From: Eledone cirrhosa
Taxonomy: Eukaryota
DNA: 28,377 nt
Reading direction: 5' to 3'
Assembly (NCBI GenBank): GCA_964016885.1
Contig: CAXHJY010000584.1
Location: 1-28,377, forward strand
Shown here in pieces: positions 24,872 through 28,377 of this stretch (its first letter is position 1; every line of letters starts with the position of its first letter). The position numbers and the translations under genes were made by a program. A model generated the notes under the pieces. The model was not told the DNA's origin and did not search any database. It saw nothing but the letters and a program-made list of their open reading frames with translations.

Positions 24872-25571
24872 TATCTTCAGTGTAGCTCAATCTTGCTAGG
24901 TAATGGACCGTGCATATAACGTTAAATGACACCAGTTTTGAGATTCATATATTCTATTTTATTTTATTTTAACACTTATGATACCAAACCACGTGAAATA
25001 ACCTCTGGTTGTTTTAAAGTGTTTGTATATATAGATCCATAATTTCTGGTGATGTCTTAGAGGGTGCTGTAGTAAGATATGGTGTGTCGTGGACATTTTA
25101 AACCTGGTAGAGCCCATTCTTTCTTCAGGTTTGAACACAACAGATTTCTTCCACAGAAGAGATTCTACTTACCCTCTTCACCAGAGCAGGGTCTGATGGG
25201 GGAGCCGATTTAAACACCGACCACTTCACCATGAAACAGGTTGTACTGGGTTATATGGTGCCAGTAGAAGGTAGAAGCCTGAACTGACCAAAAACTATAT
25301 AAAGTTTAAAAGAACTGAAAAAACTTGCTAAGTTTCCAGTGAACACCAATATGGGCACCAAAACCAGCTGAGGAAAGTGAGAGATGAGAGAGTTGAGAGT
25401 AAAGACAGCAAATATAGAAGAAATGTTACAGTTGAGAGACATCAGATCTGATGCAAAACTGTCAGCATTAATTTGCCAGGTATTATTTACAATGTTTCTC
25501 GCAGTTAACGAGACTTCTTGTCAGTAAATCTCAAGAACTGAAACTATTGACGTGGTAGTTTTATATTCTAG

Positions 25572-25835
25572 TAACGACAGCAACAATAACAGCTACCATA
25601 TAAACAGATCCAACACCACCAACATCACAACCAACAACAACAGTAACAGCAGTAACATCAACAACAACATCAACACCAACAACAACAGCTGCCACATAAT
25701 CACCAACAACAACAGTAACATCAACATCAACAGCAGTATCAGCAACAAAATCAACAGCAGCAACAACAAAAACAACAACTGCAGCAACTACAGCAGCAAC
25801 AACAACAACAACAACAGCTGCAGCAGCAACAACAA
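25572..25835. repeat. Degenerate (AAC/AGC)n array
   Basis: Visible directly. Confidence 0.9.
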
Positions 25836-25967
25836 AAGAACTGTGTCCTTGAGCAAGACATGCTATTTCACTTTAATCCGATGCACTCAGCTTGAAAAAA
25901 TGTGTTGTGTCTGCATTTCCAAGGGCAAGCTTTGTAACACATTGTGTTATGATGAATCTCCCTGAGA

Positions 25968-26579
<612 letters not shown>

Positions 26580-26618
26580 AAAGATGGCGTAGACATACGA
26601 TGCAACGGGAGGAAACAA

Positions 26619-26670
26619 TAGCACCACTGACGATGTTGCAGATGTGCAACGAAAGAACTTTGATAGACTA
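26619..26670 (+). ncRNA. Minimal hammerhead-like motif with degenerate stem I
   Basis: CTGACGA(26627-33)-T-GTTGCA-GATG-TGCAAC-GAAA(26651-54)-GAAC-TT; perfect 6-bp stem II. Confidence 0.55.
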
Positions 26671-26771
26671 TATATATGTGTTTGTGTCTATATTGTATCT
26701 GTATTTTTGACCGTTGGTCAGTCAATGGCAACATTGAGGACCGAATAAATTAAATAACCGATATAAAAGAC

Positions 26772-26910
26772 ACAGAAGCGAAAACCAGCCAAACAGTGAG
26801 TGCGTTCTGTTATTAATTCTGGCAATATTATTACAACAATATGACCCTCCCCAAGTATAACAATATTTGTTTCGACACACGATTTCATATCAAAAACCTT
26901 GCAAAACTAA
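26772..26910 (-). mobile_element. Unclassified repeat family D copy
   Basis: Reverse complement of 18093-18235, roughly 85% identical by eye; next to (TA)n. Confidence 0.8.
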
Positions 26911-26921
26911 TTCATCACCGT

Positions 26922-27545
<624 letters not shown>

Positions 27546-27645
27546 ATTTCTCGTCTTCCACCGTCTTCCCTACACCAACAGAAAAACAGGGAAACCAATA
27601 AATATATAGAGTAATCATATATAATACATTTTTACAGTTAGTGCA

Positions 27646-27664
27646 GTTGTCGTTGTCGTCGTCG

Positions 27665-27719
<55 letters not shown>

Positions 27720-27727
27720 CGTCGTCG

Positions 27728-27757
<30 letters not shown>
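27646..27757. repeat. (TTG/TCG)n microsatellite
   Basis: Visible directly. Confidence 0.95.
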
Positions 27758-27758
<1 letters not shown>

Positions 27759-27789
27759 CTTTTGCGCTTAGATTTAGTTCATCACAGAC

Positions 27790-28354
27790 ACATACAAACA
27801 CACACATACACACACATGCACACACCACGTACAACCACACACATATACACACATGCACACATTACATACAAACACACACATATACACACACATGCACACA
27901 TCCCATACAACCACACACATATACACACACATGCACACATCACATACAACCACACATACAACCACACACATATACACACACATGCACACATCACATACAA
28001 CCACACACATATACACACACATGCACACATCACATACAACCACACACATATACACACACATGCACACATCCCATACAACCACACACATATACACACACAT
28101 GCACACATCACATCGCATACAACCACACATACAACCACACACATATACACACACATGCACACATCCCATACAACCACACACATATACACACACATGCACA
28201 CATCACATACAACCACACATACAACCACACACATACAACCACACACATGCACACATCACATACAACCACACACATATACACACACATGCACACATCACAT
28301 ACAACCACACACATGCATACATCACATACAACCACACACATATACACACACATG
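27790..28354. repeat. 39-bp minisatellite (CATACAACCACACACATATACACACACATGCACACATCA)n
   Basis: About 13 units, with 12-bp CATACAACCACA sub-duplications. Confidence 0.92.
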
Positions 28355-28377
28355 AATTTATATAAGTAATTCTGTAA

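Noticed and set aside
25160-25290. Minus-strand exon ending at a strong GG|GTAAGT donor
   Set aside because: All frames contain stops and no partner exon was identified.

Overview
Eukaryotic, AT-rich, extremely microsatellite-dense non-coding DNA. The SINE families and repeat style suggest a coleoid cephalopod (Octopus-like); this is an inference. Nearly all ORFs in the track are translations of simple repeats, and no recognisable protein-coding gene is present. The window holds at least 7 copies or fragments of a tRNA-headed Nin/Deu-like SINE, two other short interspersed families, several LINE remnants, possible DNA-transposon ends and many tandem arrays. It may also hold a spliced minus-strand transcript (exons ~10.99k-10848, 6149-6069, 4401-4233) with only a 52-codon ORF. 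The main hidden signal is a set of sequence-unrelated type I hammerhead ribozyme (HHR) motifs with Penelope-like-element/retrozyme hallmarks: a tiny palindromic stem III, often a following AATAAA, inverted duplication and insertion in (TA)n. The best three are 3773-3919(+), 14857-14918(+) and 17953-18049(-), and two of them have unusually long stem II domains. A second theme is repeated fold-back palindromes, several centred on (TA)n tracts. All structures were folded by eye; no database searches were run.
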